Shown here: positions 61,452-64,000 of the stretch, one piece after another
Position numbering within the stretch: the stretch's first letter is position 1
Layout: every line of letters begins with the position of its first letter
NCBI GenBank assembly: GCA_951406725.2
Contig: OX597832.1
Coordinates: forward strand, 34,782,001-34,846,000
Reading direction: 5' to 3'
From: Octopus vulgaris
Taxonomy: Eukaryota
DNA: 64,000 bases
Notes under the pieces: generated by a model
Database searches by the model: none
Told to the model about the DNA's origin: nothing
The model's input: the letters and a program-made list of their open reading frames with translations, nothing else
Program-made: the position numbers and the translations under genes

Positions 61452-64000
61452 TTTATTTAGTTTCAGCTCACAAGCTGTGGCCATGCTGGGGCACCGCCAT
61501 TTGGTGTTGCTACATGATTTTACTTCACGAATGCTTTTTAGCAAATGCCATCTGGTGCATGAGAGAGTTCAATGCAGCTGCCCTCATCTGCACCTCCTGC
61601 CGTGAAGTTGGTTCATCTGAAACACCTAACAAGAAGAGATCCAGTTTCATTTTAAAGACATCTGCATCCACCCCATTCAGGTCTCTTAGGATCTTCGGGA
61701 GGATATTGAAGAGCTGTGGGCCTCGGAAGCCCAGGCTATCACAGTATTTTGCCCTACATCTTGATGGCAAATTTGGAGTCCTTGGCACTATGCAGTGGCG
61801 CCCAGTTCTGGCATTTGTGTAACTCTCAATGCCAAAGTTTGGGACAAGACCTTCTAGGATCTTCCAGATGTATATTATGGCATATCTTTCTCGCCTACGC
61901 TCTAAGGAATAGAGTCTCAATCTCTTGAGTCTTTCCCAATAGCTTATATGCTGCACAGAGGCTATCTTCTTCGTGTAGCTTTGTTGGATCGCCTCAAGTT
62001 CTGTGATTAACTTGACACTGGATGGTGACCATAGCTTAGAGCAATAGTCAAAGTGGCTTAGGACAAGTGTCCTCCAGAGGACCATCATGGTTTCCTGGTG
62101 TCTTGTTGTAAAGGTTCTAAGAATCCATCAGGTCAGCCGCCTACATTTCATTGCCAATTTAGCAACATGCACATGAAAGGTTGCATCATCACTCATGTAA
62201 ATACCCAGGTCTCGCACTTATTGTGCTTCTGGGATTGCAATCCCTCCAGGTTCAGTGTATTTATTGGGTATTTCATTTAGTTTAGCATGCTGATAGTATA
62301 AAGCTTGAAACTTTTCAGCATTGAACTGCATGCTATTCTTTTCAGCCCACTTGTATATTTGTCCAGCTCACATTGCAGGTGGTTAGTGTCTTCAGGGTTC
62401 TGTATTGTCTGTGAAACTTTTGTATCATCTGCATAACTTGTGATCGTGGCTCTCTGCGTGGCCATTATGAACAGTAGTGGTCCCAGAACAGTGTCTTGTG
62501 GAACACCGCTCACTATTTGGCTAATACCACCTGACTTCTATCCTGACTTCTATTTGGCTACTACCACCTGACTTCTATCCTTCAGAAAGTCATGAAGCCA
62601 TTCTCCCAATTTTCCAACTATGCCAAGATCATGCAGTTTGTGACATATTATCCCATGATCGACTTTATTAAAGGCCTTTGCAAACTCGAGATATATCACT
62701 TCCACATTTGAGTGGTTGAGCAGTCGTTTCAGCACCAAGTCATAGTGTTGTAGGAGCTGAGTTAAGCAGCTTCTTCCTGGTCGGAAACCATGTTGGGTGT
62801 CAGGCAGCAAGACATTTTCTTCAAGGAAGGTGATTAGTTTCCTTCTGACTATTCCTTCCATGACCTTGCTGATGTGTGAGGTCAGAGAGATAGGTCTGTA
62901 TTTCTTGGCCTGCACTCTGCTACCTCCTTTATGAATAGGGCATATTTTACCTTCCTTCAGTTTTCTTGGAAGTTTGCCAGTTGCAAGGAAGCTCTGAAAG
63001 AGGAACTGCAGTGGTCTTGCTAGGACTCTCTTACATATTTTTAGAAGGATTGCTGGGAATCCATCGGGGCCATTAGCTGAGTTTGTTTTCATTTCATCAA
63101 TAGCCTTTATTACATCGTCTTCCTTTATATTGATGTAATCAATCATCGCTGCCTCTGATTTTATATCTGCAGTGGTAAAGAAGTCAGTTGGATTGCTGAC
63201 TTGAAAATGCCCTAGGGGTTGCATGAAAATACTCTTGAATTGCTCATTTAGTATTTCACTTACCCTCATTGGATTTCCTGTGAGTGTGCCATCCTTTTCA
63301 AGGAGTGGCCCTATCCTACAGTGCACCGTAGCTGTTTCTTTGGCATACCTGTAGAAAGCTCTGGGGTTAGATTTTGTTGTCTATAGCCCAAGCTTCTTTG
63401 TCTGCTCTTTCTTTTTCATGGGACAGTTGCAGACATTTTTCAATTTCCAACAGTTTTATTTTCATGCGGGACTTTTGACTGCTTTCAATTTGTTTGTTTA
63501 GGCGATTTGAAACTTTTGTATGCTGTCTCATTAGAATTTTCCTCTCTCTGGGGATTTTGCTCTTGTGTACAGTGGCCTTTCTATCTGGGACACATTTGTA
63601 GCATATGGCTTGCATTACAGACATGAATTGTTGAAGTTTCATGTTGCTGTCTGGTGAGGATAGACATTCAGGCCAGTTTTGTTTGAGGATCTCTTTCTCA
63701 ATTTGTTTCCAGTTTGCCTTATGGAAGTTCAAGCTGGAAACATTCTGAGAGTTTCTTGTAGGCTGCAAGTCCATGCTTTCCTTTGGCCCGTACATGGTCA
63801 GCTCTACCATGTTGTGATCCGAGAGTATTGTCGGCGTCTCTTTCACATTATGGATGAGATCCATATTATTTGTGAAGCAGAGATCCAGTATGTTACCTGC
63901 CCTGGTTGGTTGGAGTATTACTTGCTCCATGTACAGAGTGTTGATGAGGTTCAGGAGGGACCTTGCCTGTCCTCGTTCACATCGTGTCATTCTTGGGAGA
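61452..64000 (-). mobile_element. CR1-like LINE ORF2 (endonuclease and RT), frameshifted, running off the window
   Basis: PTRAGNILDLCFTN, YRPISLTSHISKVME, QHGFRPGRSCLTQLL, AKAFNKVDH, SGVPQDTVLGPLLF, YADDTK and YSLERRRERY; short 3' UTR with stem-loop and A-rich tail. Confidence 0.92.

Overview
AT-rich, microsatellite- and transposon-dense animal genomic DNA; the repeat families resemble those of an octopus or other coleoid cephalopod (inference). One host gene is recognisable: holocytochrome c synthase (HCCS) on the minus strand. It has five coding exons (37805-37395, 26540-26393, 16518-16398, 5544-5461, 4295-3989) with consistent GT-AG phases and encodes 356 aa. A probable non-coding first exon lies near 45.5-45.6 kb. 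The rest is mobile DNA: many RTE-clade LINE fragments with a C4HC3 PHD-like finger inside the reverse transcriptase and repeat-expanding 3' UTRs, a CR1-like LINE, Penelope-like relics, a piggyBac nested in a Tc1/mariner, Tc1, Merlin and Gypsy relics, a small Helitron, two SINE families and several foldback MITEs. The most notable hidden signal is about nine minimal hammerhead-ribozyme motifs of the Penelope type. Most lie in HCCS introns on the sense strand, and two keep an intact core and all stems. All calls are by eye; no searches or folding were run.
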